A stretch of 64,000 nucleotides of DNA. It comes from Candidatus Polarisedimenticolaceae bacterium (lineage in GTDB: Bacteria > Acidobacteriota > Polarisedimenticolia > Polarisedimenticolales > DASRJG01). Shown here one piece after another: positions 45,769 through 55,361 of the stretch (the stretch's first letter is position 1; each line of letters begins with the position of its first letter). The notes under the pieces were generated by a model. The model saw only the letters and a list, made by a program, of their open reading frames with translations, made no database searches and was not told the origin of the DNA. The stretch is taken from positions 201,238 to 265,237 of the forward strand of contig DASUCV010000004.1 of assembly GCA_036275915.1 (NCBI GenBank). Reading direction: 5' to 3'. The position numbers were made by a program, and so were the translations under genes.

Positions 45769-47064
45769 ATGTCCGATCCCGTAGGCGCGCGTGTCCTCCT
45801 CGTCACCGACGATCCCCTGGGATCGCGCTCCCTCGCGGAATGGATCGGACAGACGGGACATCAGGTCGAGACGGTGGCCGGGACCGATGACATCGCCGGC
45901 GAGGACGACGACGCGCTCGGCCTCGTCGTCACCGACCTCGACACCGACGACGCCCGGTCCCGGGCTCTTCTCGAGAGCTTCGCCTCAGGCACGCTCTTCC
46001 GCACGACACCGAAGCTCCACGTCTTTCGCGACCTCGCGCTCCTGCGCACGATGCGCGCCGCCGACCCCGCGCTCGCCGCGACGACGATCCCGGCGCCGCC
46101 GAAGGCGGAGGATCTCCAGGCCCGCGTACGGCTCGCGATCGAGATCGGCCGGCTCGAGCGCCTGCTCGCGCGGCACTCGGTCCGCGACTCGCTCACAGGG
46201 CTCACGAACCGCCGTTACCTGCTTCTCCGGCTCGAGGAGGAGATCGCGCGCGCGCGCCGCTACGGGACGCCCGTGTCGCTCGCCCTCTTCGACGTCGATC
46301 ATCTGAAAGACATCAACGACGGTCACGGCCAGGCCGCGGGTGACGCCGCGATCCGCCATGTCGGACGGATCTTGAGGCGCCACGTGCGGCGCGAGGACGC
46401 GATGGGGCGCCTCGGCGCCGACGTCTTCGGCGTCGTCCTCGCCGGGAGCCGGTACCGCGGCGCCGCGACGATGGCGAACAAGGTCCGCACCGAGGCCGAG
46501 GAGGCCGACCTCGAGCACGAAGGAACGACGTTCGCGATGCGCCTCTCGGCGGGGATCTCGACCTTCCCGGACAACAAGGCGATCACGGGCGCGGACGACC
46601 TCGTGCGCGTCGCCGAGGACGCCGTGCGCCGCGCGAAGTCGCGCGGCGGCAACCGCGTGTTCATCGACGAGGGTGTGCTGCGCCAGGAGCGCCGGGTCGT
46701 CCTCGTGGCCGACCCCGACGCGGAGCTGCTCGAGCTGGCCGAGGACCTGCTCACGCTCGACGACTTCCGCGTCGTGAAGGCGGGCACGGGGCGCGCGGCG
46801 CTCGAGGCGTTGCGTTTCCGGCTTCCCGACCTGGCGGTGGTCGAGCTCGGCATGCGCGAGCGCGACGGCGGCGTTCCGCTCGTCGAGCGCATCCAGGAGC
46901 TCTACCCCGGGAGCCGCTTCCCGATCGTCGGGCTCCTCGAAGGCGGGAGCGCCGATCCGGAGTCGCTCTCCCGCCTCGGTGTCGACCGGTTCATCACGAA
47001 GCCGTTTTCGCTGAGCCTCCTCAGGAGCGCCGCCCGCGAGCTTCTCGAGTCGTACAGGGTGTAG
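45769..47064 (+). CDS. REC-like / degenerate GGDEF / REC-like protein (likely c-di-GMP binding, not synthesising)
   Basis: ATG 45769 (MSDPVGARVLLVTDDP). GGDEF-domain hallmarks DSLTGLTNRRY and FDVDHLKDINDGHG, but the signature is GADVF (46414-46428), with RRED 5 residues upstream (46387-46398). The C-terminal receiver-like domain has LAVVELGM. Confidence 0.85.
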   Translation: MSDPVGARVLLVTDDPLGSRSLAEWIGQTGHQVETVAGTDDIAGEDDDALGLVVTDLDTDDARSRALLESFASGTLFRTTPKLHVFRDLALLRTMRAADPALAATTIPAPPKAEDLQARVRLAIEIGRLERLLARHSVRDSLTGLTNRRYLLLRLEEEIARARRYGTPVSLALFDVDHLKDINDGHGQAAGDAAIRHVGRILRRHVRREDAMGRLGADVFGVVLAGSRYRGAATMANKVRTEAEEADLEHEGTTFAMRLSAGISTFPDNKAITGADDLVRVAEDAVRRAKSRGGNRVFIDEGVLRQERRVVLVADPDAELLELAEDLLTLDDFRVVKAGTGRAALEALRFRLPDLAVVELGMRERDGGVPLVERIQELYPGSRFPIVGLLEGGSADPESLSRLGVDRFITKPFSLSLLRSAARELLESYRV

Positions 47065-47087
47065 GATCGCCGCGGAAGGTTTTCTTC

Positions 47088-47525
47088 ATGCGCGCCGCCC
47101 TCATCGGACTCGCCCTCGTCCTGGCCGCAGCGGCGAGCCCAGCCGCGCCGCAGGGCGACGACGGCGGGCGCCAGGCCGCGATGCGCTTCGGCCGTGCGCT
47201 GACGAGCGGCAAGGCCGATGCGCTCCGCCCGATCCTGCCGCAGAAGGGTAAGGTCAAGCTCACGCTCGCGGTGTTGGCGCAGGAGGACGGCGCGTTCGCG
47301 GCGAGCCAGGTCGAGGCGCTCTTCCGGGAGTTCCTCGCCGGGGGCAAAGTCACGAGCTTCGAGGTGACCCGCTTCGAGGGTGACGGCAAGGCCGGGGCGT
47401 TCGCGCACGCGAACGCAACGGTGGTCGACCACGAGGGGCACACCGTCAAGCTCGGGATCCATCTGTGGCTCGAGCCCGAGGGCGATCGCTGGGTGCTGCG
47501 GGAGGTCAAGGAAAGCACCGGATGA
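47088..47525 (+). CDS. Secreted hypothetical protein
   Basis: Signal MRAALIGLALVLAAAASPAAP. Its stop overlaps the start of the downstream kinase (ATGA at 47522-47525). Confidence 0.65.
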   Translation: MRAALIGLALVLAAAASPAAPQGDDGGRQAAMRFGRALTSGKADALRPILPQKGKVKLTLAVLAQEDGAFAASQVEALFREFLAGGKVTSFEVTRFEGDGKAGAFAHANATVVDHEGHTVKLGIHLWLEPEGDRWVLREVKESTG

Positions 47526-50500
47526 CGAAGGGCCGCGTCGCGCTCTGGCTCCTCGTCCCCGCCCTCATCGTCGCCGGAAGCTACGCCCGCGGATGGCGGC
47601 TCGGCGCGGCCCGGGCCGGCGGGGAGGAAGCGCGCCTCCGCGTGGCTGCCGGGTTCCTCGACCGCGAGCTTCAGTCCCGTGTCCTCGCGGCGACGCGCTA
47701 CGCGCTCGCGCTGCGCGACCACGGACTCGAGGCTGCCGATCCCCTGCCGAAGGCGCTATCCGATCGACTCGAGGGGGCCGGCGTGCTCCGCGCGGGCGCC
47801 TTCGAGCGATGGACCGGGACGCCGGCCGAGCCTCAGGAGTTCGGACCCGAGCCGGGCGTCCGCCTCTCGCGGCGGGGCATCAGAACGAGCCTGCTCGTGA
47901 GGACCCCGGCCGATGCCGACGGCCGCGCGGGAGCCGCATCGTTCGTGCTCGAGATCCGCTCGGGAGCGGTCGGGGCGGCGCGATGGCTCCCGACGGGATC
48001 GCCCGCGATCACGGCGCAGCTCGACGACGCGGCTCCTCCCGCATCGCCGGGTTACGACGCCGGGCCTCCGGCGCGGCTCGTGTGGGAGTGGCGCGACCGC
48101 GAGGGGCACCGCGTGGCGGCGATCGTGCTCGAGGACCGGCCTGCCGCCTCGGCGGCGGCCCGTGCGCGCGCGATCGGGTGGGCCTGGTCGGCGCTCGCGC
48201 TGGCGCTCCTCGCCCCTCTCGTGTGGGCCCGCCGCGCGGGAGCCGGCGATGGACGCCGTGCGCTCGCCCTCATCGCCCTGATCCTCGTCGTCCGCGCGGC
48301 GCTCGCCGCCGGACGGACTCTCGAGGAGCTCCTCCCGCGCGAGGTCGCCACCGCGAGCCTCTACGGCCGCGGAGGGGCGCTCGGCTGGCTCGCATCTCCC
48401 GCGGCCCTCGCCGCGACGGCCTGGGCGTTCTACCTCGTCGCGATGATCGTCGCCCGGTGGGCGGCCCGGCATCGCGACGACCCCGGATTCCGGCGAGCCG
48501 CCGTCGCCGCGATCGCCGCCGCCGGTGTCGTTGCTGCGATCGCGCTCGGCGGGTCGCTCGCGCGCGATGCGCGTATCCCGGTCCCCCGCCTCGCCCTCGC
48601 CGTCCCCGGCTCGCTGCTCCTCGCGATCGCGCTGGCGCTCGTCCTCGCCGGGACGGCGGAGGCGGCGGCCACGGCGCTCCTCCTCTCGCGCCGCTCCGGC
48701 ACCTCGCGGACCGCCGTGGCCGTCGCGCTCGTGCCGGTCACCTTGATCGCGCTCGCCAACCTCCACCGCACCGAGGTTCGGATGATCGAAGACCGCTTGC
48801 GCGTCGAGTTCGCGCCGCTCGTGCGCGATCAGAGCGCGCGGCGGCGGGTCGCCTTGACGGCGAGCGTCGGCGAAGCCGCGGCGAATCCGGACGTCGCGCG
48901 CGCGCTCGCGCGCTATCCCGAGGACGACGATCCGTTCCTCGCGTACGGCCTGTGGACATCCTCGGCGCTCTTCCATCAAGGGTTCGCCTCGTCGCTCAAC
49001 CTCTACGACGCCGCGGGGGTACGGCGAGGGCATTTCGAGTTCGCCTTCCCGCAAGTCGGAGGCGCCGGCGAGGCGGCTCCGCGGGCCGCAAACGGGCCGG
49101 TGACCGTCGCGAAGGAGACGATCCCGATCGGATCGTCCTCCCTCGTCGTCCTCCACGCCGAGGCCACCGTGCGCGATGCCGAGGGAGCGATCCTGGGCCG
49201 CGTGGTCGGCCACGTCCTCGAGGACCCGTCGAACCTGCCGTTCCTTCCGGGGAGCGCGCCGTACCTCCAGGCGTTGGGACACGGGGCCGTCTCCCCGGAC
49301 GACGCCGCGCGCGATGCGCCGGACTACGTGCTGTTCGACGAGACCGGCCACGTCGACCTGACGACCGTGCACCAGCCCCCGGCCCCCGACGCCGCCCTGC
49401 GCGCCGCGGCCGCCGCCTCGCGGGTGGTCGGCGTCGGCGCCGGCGACACGCGGTTCCTCGCCCTCCCGATCGAGGACGGCCGCCGCCTTCACCTGCTGAT
49501 GGCGCCCGCCCCGACCTGGCTCGACGCGACCGCGGACGTGGTCCGCATGCTCCTCCTCGGCGTCGCGGTCCTCGCGATCGCCGCGCTCTGGCGGATCGTG
49601 GTCACGCCCGGAGGGCTCGAGTCCCTGCCCGATCTCGTCCGCGGCTCGCTGCGGCGGAAGCTGCTCGCCGCGGGCCTCGCGGCGTCGATCATCCCGCTGG
49701 TCGCGATGGCGCTCCTCCTCCGCGCGTCGATCGAGCGGCGGAGCGAGGCGAGCCTCGCCGACACCGCGGCGACGGTCGTCGGCGCCGCGCAGCGCGTCGT
49801 GGAGGACTACCAGAGCGTCGGCGACGACGACCAGGCGGCACCGCCGCTGCGCCTGAACGACGAGGCCCTCTCGTGGCTGAGGCGCGTCGTCGGCCAGGAG
49901 ATCCATCTCTTCGAGGGCGGCGAGGTCGCCGCGACCTCGAAGCCGGAGCTCTTCGACTCGGGGCTCGTGAGGACGCGCCTCGCGGGCGAGGTCGACCGCG
50001 CGATCGTTCACGCCGGCCAGCCGTTCGTTCTCCGGAACGAGAAGCTCGGGGAGATCCCGCTCCCCGTCGCCTACGCCCCGGTCGACGTGCGCGGCGGCCC
50101 GACGGATGCCGTCATCGCCGTTCCTCTCGTCGTCGAGTCGCGCGCCGCGTCGCGCTCGGTGGAGCGCCTCGTCGAGATGCTGCTCCTCTTGACGACCGCG
50201 CTCGTCGGCCTCCTCGCCGGGACGTCCGCTCTCCTCGCGCGCTCGGTCGCGCGGCCGATCCGGCGGATCGCCGATGCGTCGCGGCGGATCGCCGAGGGTG
50301 ACTACGACGCCCGCCTCGCCTCCTCCTCGCGCGACGAGCTCGGGGCGCTCGTCGGCGACTTCAACCGCATGGCCCGCTCCCTCGCCGACCAAAGGGCCGA
50401 CCTGACGCGGCGCCGCGATTACATCGAAGCGCTCCTCCGGCACGCCACGACGGGGGTCATCTCGACCGACGCGTCGGGGATCGTGGTGACGATCAACCCG

Positions 50501-51430
50501 GCCGCGGAGACGCTCCTCGGCGGAGCGGGGCGCGCGCCGCGCCGTGGCGCCGCGCTCGACGACGAGCTGGCGCCCGCCCTGCGCGCCGCCCTCGCCGCTC
50601 AAGGCTTCGCGCCGGATCCGGTCGAGGTCGACCTCCCGGCGGGCGACCGTCCGGTGCGCCTACGCGTCGTGCGGGTCCCGCTCCCCGATCCCGCCGGCGG
50701 CGACACCGGCTCGCTCGTGCTCCTGGACGACGTGACGAGCCAGGTGCGGATGCACCAGCTCGCCGCGTGGGCCGAGATGGCGCGCGCGATCGCTCACGAG
50801 ATCAAGAACCCGTTGACCCCGATCCAGCTCTCCGCCGAGCACGTGAGGCGCCTGCTCGCCGATCGCGGCGTGCTGCCCGAGGCCGAGATCGAGGCGTGCC
50901 TCGAGACGATCACCCGCCAGGTGCGCGAGCTCAGGGAGATCTCGACCGCGTTCTCGGCCTACGCGAAGATCCCCGATCTCGCGCTCGAGCGCCTCGAGCC
51001 CGACGCGTTCCTCCGGGACGTGGCCGCGCCGTACCGCGTGGCCCCTCCCCCCGGCGTGCGCGTCGAGGAGGACCTCACGCCGGCCCACGAGATCCTCGCC
51101 GACCGTCGCAGCCTCGCGCGGGCCGTGGTGAACTTGATCGAGAACGCGCTCCAGGCGATGCAGCACGGCGGGACGCTCCGCGTGCGGACGCGCGACCTCG
51201 GCGCCGATCGTGTCGCGCTCGAGGTGGAGGACGACGGCCCCGGCCTCGCCCCGGAGGTGCGGCGTCATCTCTTCGAGCCGTACTTCTCGACGAAGAGCGC
51301 GGGCACCGGCCTCGGCCTCGCGATCGCGCGCCGGGTCGTCGAAGCGCACGGCGGGACGATCGAGGCCGCGAGCGCCGAAGGGCGAGGCACCGTCTTCCGC
51401 ATCGTCTTGCCCGTGGCGCCTCCCGTCTGA
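47522..51430 (+). CDS. Large NtrY-like sensor histidine kinase (multi-TM N-terminal region, HAMP, PAS, HisKA, HATPase)
   Basis: ATG 47522 (MTKGRVALWLLVPALIVAG). HAMP-like SVARPIRRIADASRRIAEGDYD. H-box ARAIAHEIKNPLTPIQLSAEH, typical of NtrY. GTGLGLAIARRVVEAHGG. Confidence 0.85.
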   Translation: MTKGRVALWLLVPALIVAGSYARGWRLGAARAGGEEARLRVAAGFLDRELQSRVLAATRYALALRDHGLEAADPLPKALSDRLEGAGVLRAGAFERWTGTPAEPQEFGPEPGVRLSRRGIRTSLLVRTPADADGRAGAASFVLEIRSGAVGAARWLPTGSPAITAQLDDAAPPASPGYDAGPPARLVWEWRDREGHRVAAIVLEDRPAASAAARARAIGWAWSALALALLAPLVWARRAGAGDGRRALALIALILVVRAALAAGRTLEELLPREVATASLYGRGGALGWLASPAALAATAWAFYLVAMIVARWAARHRDDPGFRRAAVAAIAAAGVVAAIALGGSLARDARIPVPRLALAVPGSLLLAIALALVLAGTAEAAATALLLSRRSGTSRTAVAVALVPVTLIALANLHRTEVRMIEDRLRVEFAPLVRDQSARRRVALTASVGEAAANPDVARALARYPEDDDPFLAYGLWTSSALFHQGFASSLNLYDAAGVRRGHFEFAFPQVGGAGEAAPRAANGPVTVAKETIPIGSSSLVVLHAEATVRDAEGAILGRVVGHVLEDPSNLPFLPGSAPYLQALGHGAVSPDDAARDAPDYVLFDETGHVDLTTVHQPPAPDAALRAAAAASRVVGVGAGDTRFLALPIEDGRRLHLLMAPAPTWLDATADVVRMLLLGVAVLAIAALWRIVVTPGGLESLPDLVRGSLRRKLLAAGLAASIIPLVAMALLLRASIERRSEASLADTAATVVGAAQRVVEDYQSVGDDDQAAPPLRLNDEALSWLRRVVGQEIHLFEGGEVAATSKPELFDSGLVRTRLAGEVDRAIVHAGQPFVLRNEKLGEIPLPVAYAPVDVRGGPTDAVIAVPLVVESRAASRSVERLVEMLLLLTTALVGLLAGTSALLARSVARPIRRIADASRRIAEGDYDARLASSSRDELGALVGDFNRMARSLADQRADLTRRRDYIEALLRHATTGVISTDASGIVVTINPAAETLLGGAGRAPRRGAALDDELAPALRAALAAQGFAPDPVEVDLPAGDRPVRLRVVRVPLPDPAGGDTGSLVLLDDVTSQVRMHQLAAWAEMARAIAHEIKNPLTPIQLSAEHVRRLLADRGVLPEAEIEACLETITRQVRELREISTAFSAYAKIPDLALERLEPDAFLRDVAAPYRVAPPPGVRVEEDLTPAHEILADRRSLARAVVNLIENALQAMQHGGTLRVRTRDLGADRVALEVEDDGPGLAPEVRRHLFEPYFSTKSAGTGLGLAIARRVVEAHGGTIEAASAEGRGTVFRIVLPVAPPV

Positions 51431-51445
51431 CTTATACTCGCGCCC

Positions 51446-51853
51446 GTGTGGTACGACGAAGGCGTCCGCTTCCGCTGCCGGCCCGATTGCGGTCGCTGCT
51501 GCACGCGCCACGGCGACTACGATTACGTCTACTTGAACCGCGCCGACGTCGCGCGCCTGGCGGCCCATCTCGAGCTCGAGACGGCCGAGTTCAGGAAACG
51601 GTACACCGCGAAAGACGAAGGCCACACGATCCTCAAGATGGACGGCCCGGCCTGCCCCTTCCTCGACGGAACGCGATGCTCGGTCTACCCGGCGCGGCCT
51701 TCGCAATGCGGCACGTTCCCGTTCTGGCCGGAGAACCTCGCGAGCAAGAAGACCTGGGAAGCTCTGAACGAGTTCTGTCCGGGGATCGGCGAGGGGGAGA
51801 TCGTCCCCCTCCATGTCATCCGCGAGCAGCTCCGGAAGCACACCGCATCGTGA
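51446..51853 (+). CDS. YkgJ-family cysteine-cluster protein
   Basis: CRPDCGRCCTRHG...CPFLDGTRCSVYPARPSQCGTFPFWP. GTG start. Confidence 0.8.
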   Translation: MWYDEGVRFRCRPDCGRCCTRHGDYDYVYLNRADVARLAAHLELETAEFRKRYTAKDEGHTILKMDGPACPFLDGTRCSVYPARPSQCGTFPFWPENLASKKTWEALNEFCPGIGEGEIVPLHVIREQLRKHTAS

Positions 51854-53397
51854 AGCGGGCCCTTCTCGCCGCCATCGTCGTCGTCCTCGTCGCCTGCTCT
51901 AGCCCGAAGACCGAGCGCGGCGGAACGCTCGTCGTCGGCTCGACCACCGACGTCGATGCGTGGAACGAGTACGTCTCCCAGCAAACCTTCGCCTTGAACC
52001 TCCTGCGGCGGGTCTACGCGCGGCTCGCCCAGGAGCAGGGGGACACGCGCGATCATCCGCCGTCGTTCGAGCCGCTCCTCGCGAAGTCGTGGACGACCTC
52101 GCCCGACGGTCTCACCCTCACCTTCACGCTGCGCGACGCGATGTGGAGCGACGGCACGCCGGTCACGGCCGGAGACGTGCGGTTCACGTGGACCGCGCAG
52201 ACTTCTCCCGACGTGGCCTGGACCGGCGCTTCGTTCAAGGAGCACGTGAAAGACGTCGAGGTGAGGGACGCGAAGACCGTCGCGTTCCATTTCGACCGCG
52301 CGTACCCCGAGATGCTCGCCGACGCCGTCGAGGGCGGCATCGTCCCCGAGCACGTCTTCGGGAAGGTCCCGTTCGCGTCGTGGCGGACCTACGACTGGTC
52401 GCAGGTCAAGATCGCCTCGGGGCCGTTCGTCCTCGAGAGCTGGCGGCCGGCGGAAGAGATCGTGCTCAAGCGCAACCCCCGCTACTTCGACGCGGAGCGC
52501 CCGCGCGTCGACGCCGTCGCCGTCCGCGTCGTTCCCGACATGGGGAACCTCAAGACGCAGCTCCTCGCCGGCACGGTCGACCTGGTCGACGGGGTGCCGC
52601 CGTCGGACGCGGCACACCTCAGCGCAGGGCAGGGCATCACGCTCGTCGCCTACGACAATCCGATGTTCGACTACATCGGCTGGAACTGCGCGAAGAAGCC
52701 GTTCGACGACCCCGAGGTCCGGCGCGCGCTCACCCTCGGCATCGACCGCCAGGCGATCGTCGAGGAGGTGCTCTACGGCTACGGCCGGATCTCGACCGGT
52801 CCTTTGCTCTCGAGCTGGTGGCCGGCCGATCCCGATCAGAAGGCGTGGCCGTACGATCCGAGGGAAGCGCAGCGCCTCCTCGCCGCGAAAGGGTACGACG
52901 CGGCGCACCCGCTCGCCTTCGAGCTGACGACGAACTCCGGCAACCGCGTCCGCGAGGCGGTGTCGGTGAAGATCCAGGCGCAGCTGGCGAAGATCGGCGT
53001 CCAGGTGACCCCGCACTCGTACGAGATGAAGACGTTCCGGGAAAAGAACTCCAAGGGCGACTTCGACGCCTACGTCGCCGGGTGGCGGTTCGGCGGCAAG
53101 CTCGACCTGAAGTCGATCTTCGGGTCGACGGAGAAGCCTCCCGGCGGGTCGAACGTCGTTTCCTACGCGTCGCCCGAGGCCGACCGCATCCTCGACGCCA
53201 TCGGCAACGCTAGCGACTGGCAGACCGCCAAGGCCTCGTACGCGGCGCTCGCCAAGCGGCTCCACGACGACCAGCCGTACACGTTCCTCTACGAGAGCCG
53301 GCGGCTCCTCGCGGTTCGCGACCGCGTGCACGGCGTGAAGGTCGACGTCCCCGCCGACCCGTTCGCCCGGATCGACGGCATTTGGCTCGCGCCGTGA
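51850..53397 (+). CDS. ABC transporter substrate-binding lipoprotein, peptide/nickel (family 5) type
   Basis: GTG 51850 overlaps the previous stop by 4 nt. VKRALLAAIVVVLVACSS lipobox. Length and motifs (KSWTTSPDGLTLTFTLRDAMWSDG, NPRYFD) fit SBP family 5. Confidence 0.88.
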   Translation: MKRALLAAIVVVLVACSSPKTERGGTLVVGSTTDVDAWNEYVSQQTFALNLLRRVYARLAQEQGDTRDHPPSFEPLLAKSWTTSPDGLTLTFTLRDAMWSDGTPVTAGDVRFTWTAQTSPDVAWTGASFKEHVKDVEVRDAKTVAFHFDRAYPEMLADAVEGGIVPEHVFGKVPFASWRTYDWSQVKIASGPFVLESWRPAEEIVLKRNPRYFDAERPRVDAVAVRVVPDMGNLKTQLLAGTVDLVDGVPPSDAAHLSAGQGITLVAYDNPMFDYIGWNCAKKPFDDPEVRRALTLGIDRQAIVEEVLYGYGRISTGPLLSSWWPADPDQKAWPYDPREAQRLLAAKGYDAAHPLAFELTTNSGNRVREAVSVKIQAQLAKIGVQVTPHSYEMKTFREKNSKGDFDAYVAGWRFGGKLDLKSIFGSTEKPPGGSNVVSYASPEADRILDAIGNASDWQTAKASYAALAKRLHDDQPYTFLYESRRLLAVRDRVHGVKVDVPADPFARIDGIWLAP

Positions 53398-53401
53398 CGC
53401 C

Positions 53402-54373
53402 GTGGCCGGCCTGATCCTCCGCCGCGTCCTGCTCGCGATCCCGCTCCTCCTCGGCGTCTCGACGCTCACGTTCCTGCTGCTCGAGGCGGCGCCCGGGAAG
53501 CCGATCGACTACCTCCTCGGAGACCGGCCGGTTCCCGAGGAGACGCGCGCGAGGATCGAGGCGGCGTACGGCCTCGACCGCCCGGCGTGGGCTCGCTATG
53601 CGACCTGGATCGGCCATGCGGCGACCGGAGATCTCGGATGGTCGCTCTCGCGCGGGCGTCCGGTCTCCCGCGTCCTCGCCGACGCATTGCCGCCGACACT
53701 CGGCCTCGCCGCGCTCGCCCTCGCGATCCAGCTCGCCCTCGGCGTCGCTCTCGGCGCCCTTCACGTCGCGCGCCCGCGCAGCTCCGCCGACCACGCGCTC
53801 ACGCTCGTCGGCGTGACGCTCGCCTCGGCACCGCCGTTCTGGCTCGCGTTGATGGCGATCCTGCTCTTCGCCGTCGCCGTGCCGCTCTTCCCCCCTTCGT
53901 CGTCCCACGCGATCGGGGCGTCGTCGTGGCCGTGGCCGGCGCGCGCCGTCGACGCGGTCTGGCACGCCGCCCTTCCCGCTCTCGTCCTCGGACTGGGGTC
54001 GGCGGGGATCGTCGCCCGCTTCGTGCGCGCCGGACTCCTGCGCTCGCTCGGCGAGGGGTTCGTGCGAGCGGCCCGCGCGCGCGGCGGGACGCGCGCACGC
54101 ATCGTGCTCCTCCATGCGGGTCCCGCGGCCGCGCCGCCCGTCGTCACGCTGGTCGGGCTGCAGCTCCCCGTCCTCGTCTCCGGCGCGCTCGTCATCGAGG
54201 TCGTCTTCGGCTGGCCGGGGATGGGCCGCGTCGCTTACGACGCCGTCATGGCGCAGGACCTCCCGGTCGCGCTCGCGTCGGTCCTGCTCGCGACGGTGCT
54301 CGTCGTCGCCGGCAGCCTCGGCGCCGATCTCGCCCAGGCCGCTCTCGATCCGCGCCTCCGGGGCCGCGGATGA
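53402..54373 (+). CDS. ABC transporter permease (DppB/OppB-like)
   Basis: LILRRVLLAIPLLLGVSTLTFLLLEAAPG N-terminus, typical of this family. Multi-TM. Confidence 0.88.
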   Translation: MAGLILRRVLLAIPLLLGVSTLTFLLLEAAPGKPIDYLLGDRPVPEETRARIEAAYGLDRPAWARYATWIGHAATGDLGWSLSRGRPVSRVLADALPPTLGLAALALAIQLALGVALGALHVARPRSSADHALTLVGVTLASAPPFWLALMAILLFAVAVPLFPPSSSHAIGASSWPWPARAVDAVWHAALPALVLGLGSAGIVARFVRAGLLRSLGEGFVRAARARGGTRARIVLLHAGPAAAPPVVTLVGLQLPVLVSGALVIEVVFGWPGMGRVAYDAVMAQDLPVALASVLLATVLVVAGSLGADLAQAALDPRLRGRG

Positions 54374-55317
54374 AGAAGCGTGGCGCGCGCCTCGGCGTGG
54401 TCGTGCTCGCCGCGTTTTGTCTCGCCGCCGCGGCGGCGCCGCTGCTGCCCCTCCGCGATCCCGCGGCGCAGCCCGACGGATTGGTGCTCAGGAGCCTCGC
54501 TCCTGGGACGCGCGTCCCCGCCGTCCGCCTCCGTTCCGGGGAGCTTCGCTACGCCCACGAGGTCCGCGCCCTGCCGGACGGGACCCGCAGCCTGAGGCGC
54601 GGCGAGAGCTGGACGACGATCGCCGCCGCGGATCTCGACCCGGCGCATCCCGACGCGCGTCCGCTCTTCTTCCTCGGCACCGATGCGTACGGCCGGGACC
54701 TCGCGAGCCGGCTCGTGTGGGGAGCGCGCGTGTCGCTCGCCGCGGGGATCCTCGCCGCGGCGATGGCGGTCCTCCTCGGCGGCGCCGTCGGCCTCGCGGC
54801 CGGCCTCGGCGGCCCGATCGTCGACGAAGCGCTCATGCGGCTCACCGACGCCGCCCTCGCCGTTCCCCGCCTCTTCCTCCTCGTGCTCCTGGCGGCGCTC
54901 TTCCGTCCCTCGCTCGCCACCATCGTCGTCCTCATCGGCCTCACGACGTGGATGCCGGCCGCGCGCCTCGTGCGCGCGGAGGCGAAGGCGGTCCGCGCGC
55001 GCGAGTTCGTCCTTTCGGCGCGCGCCCTCGGCGCCTCGCCCCTCGCGATCGCGCTCCGTCACGTTCTCCCCCACGCGACGGCGGTGCTCGGTGTCGAGGC
55101 CGCGCTCCGGCTCGGCCAGAGCGTTCTCCTCGAAGCGTCGCTCTCGTTCCTGGGCTTGGGCGTCCCGCCGCCCCTCGCGTCGTGGGGGAGCCTCATCGCC
55201 GACGGCCGCGACCGGATCCTCGACGCGTGGTGGATCGCGACCTGGCCGGGCCTCGCGATCGTGCTCGTCGTGGTCGCCGCAAGCCTAATCGCGGACGGGG
55301 TCCGTGAGAGTTTCTAA
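54370..55317 (+). CDS. ABC transporter permease (DppC/OppC-like)
   Basis: ATG 54370 overlaps the previous stop by 4 nt. LGTDAYGRDLASRLVWGARVSL and the EAA-like region ARALGASPLAIALRHVLPH. Confidence 0.88.
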   Translation: MKKRGARLGVVVLAAFCLAAAAAPLLPLRDPAAQPDGLVLRSLAPGTRVPAVRLRSGELRYAHEVRALPDGTRSLRRGESWTTIAAADLDPAHPDARPLFFLGTDAYGRDLASRLVWGARVSLAAGILAAAMAVLLGGAVGLAAGLGGPIVDEALMRLTDAALAVPRLFLLVLLAALFRPSLATIVVLIGLTTWMPAARLVRAEAKAVRAREFVLSARALGASPLAIALRHVLPHATAVLGVEAALRLGQSVLLEASLSFLGLGVPPPLASWGSLIADGRDRILDAWWIATWPGLAIVLVVVAASLIADGVRESF

Positions 55318-55361
55318 TTGATTCGCCCGCTGCTATGCTCGATCGTGACGGAGGTTCTCTC

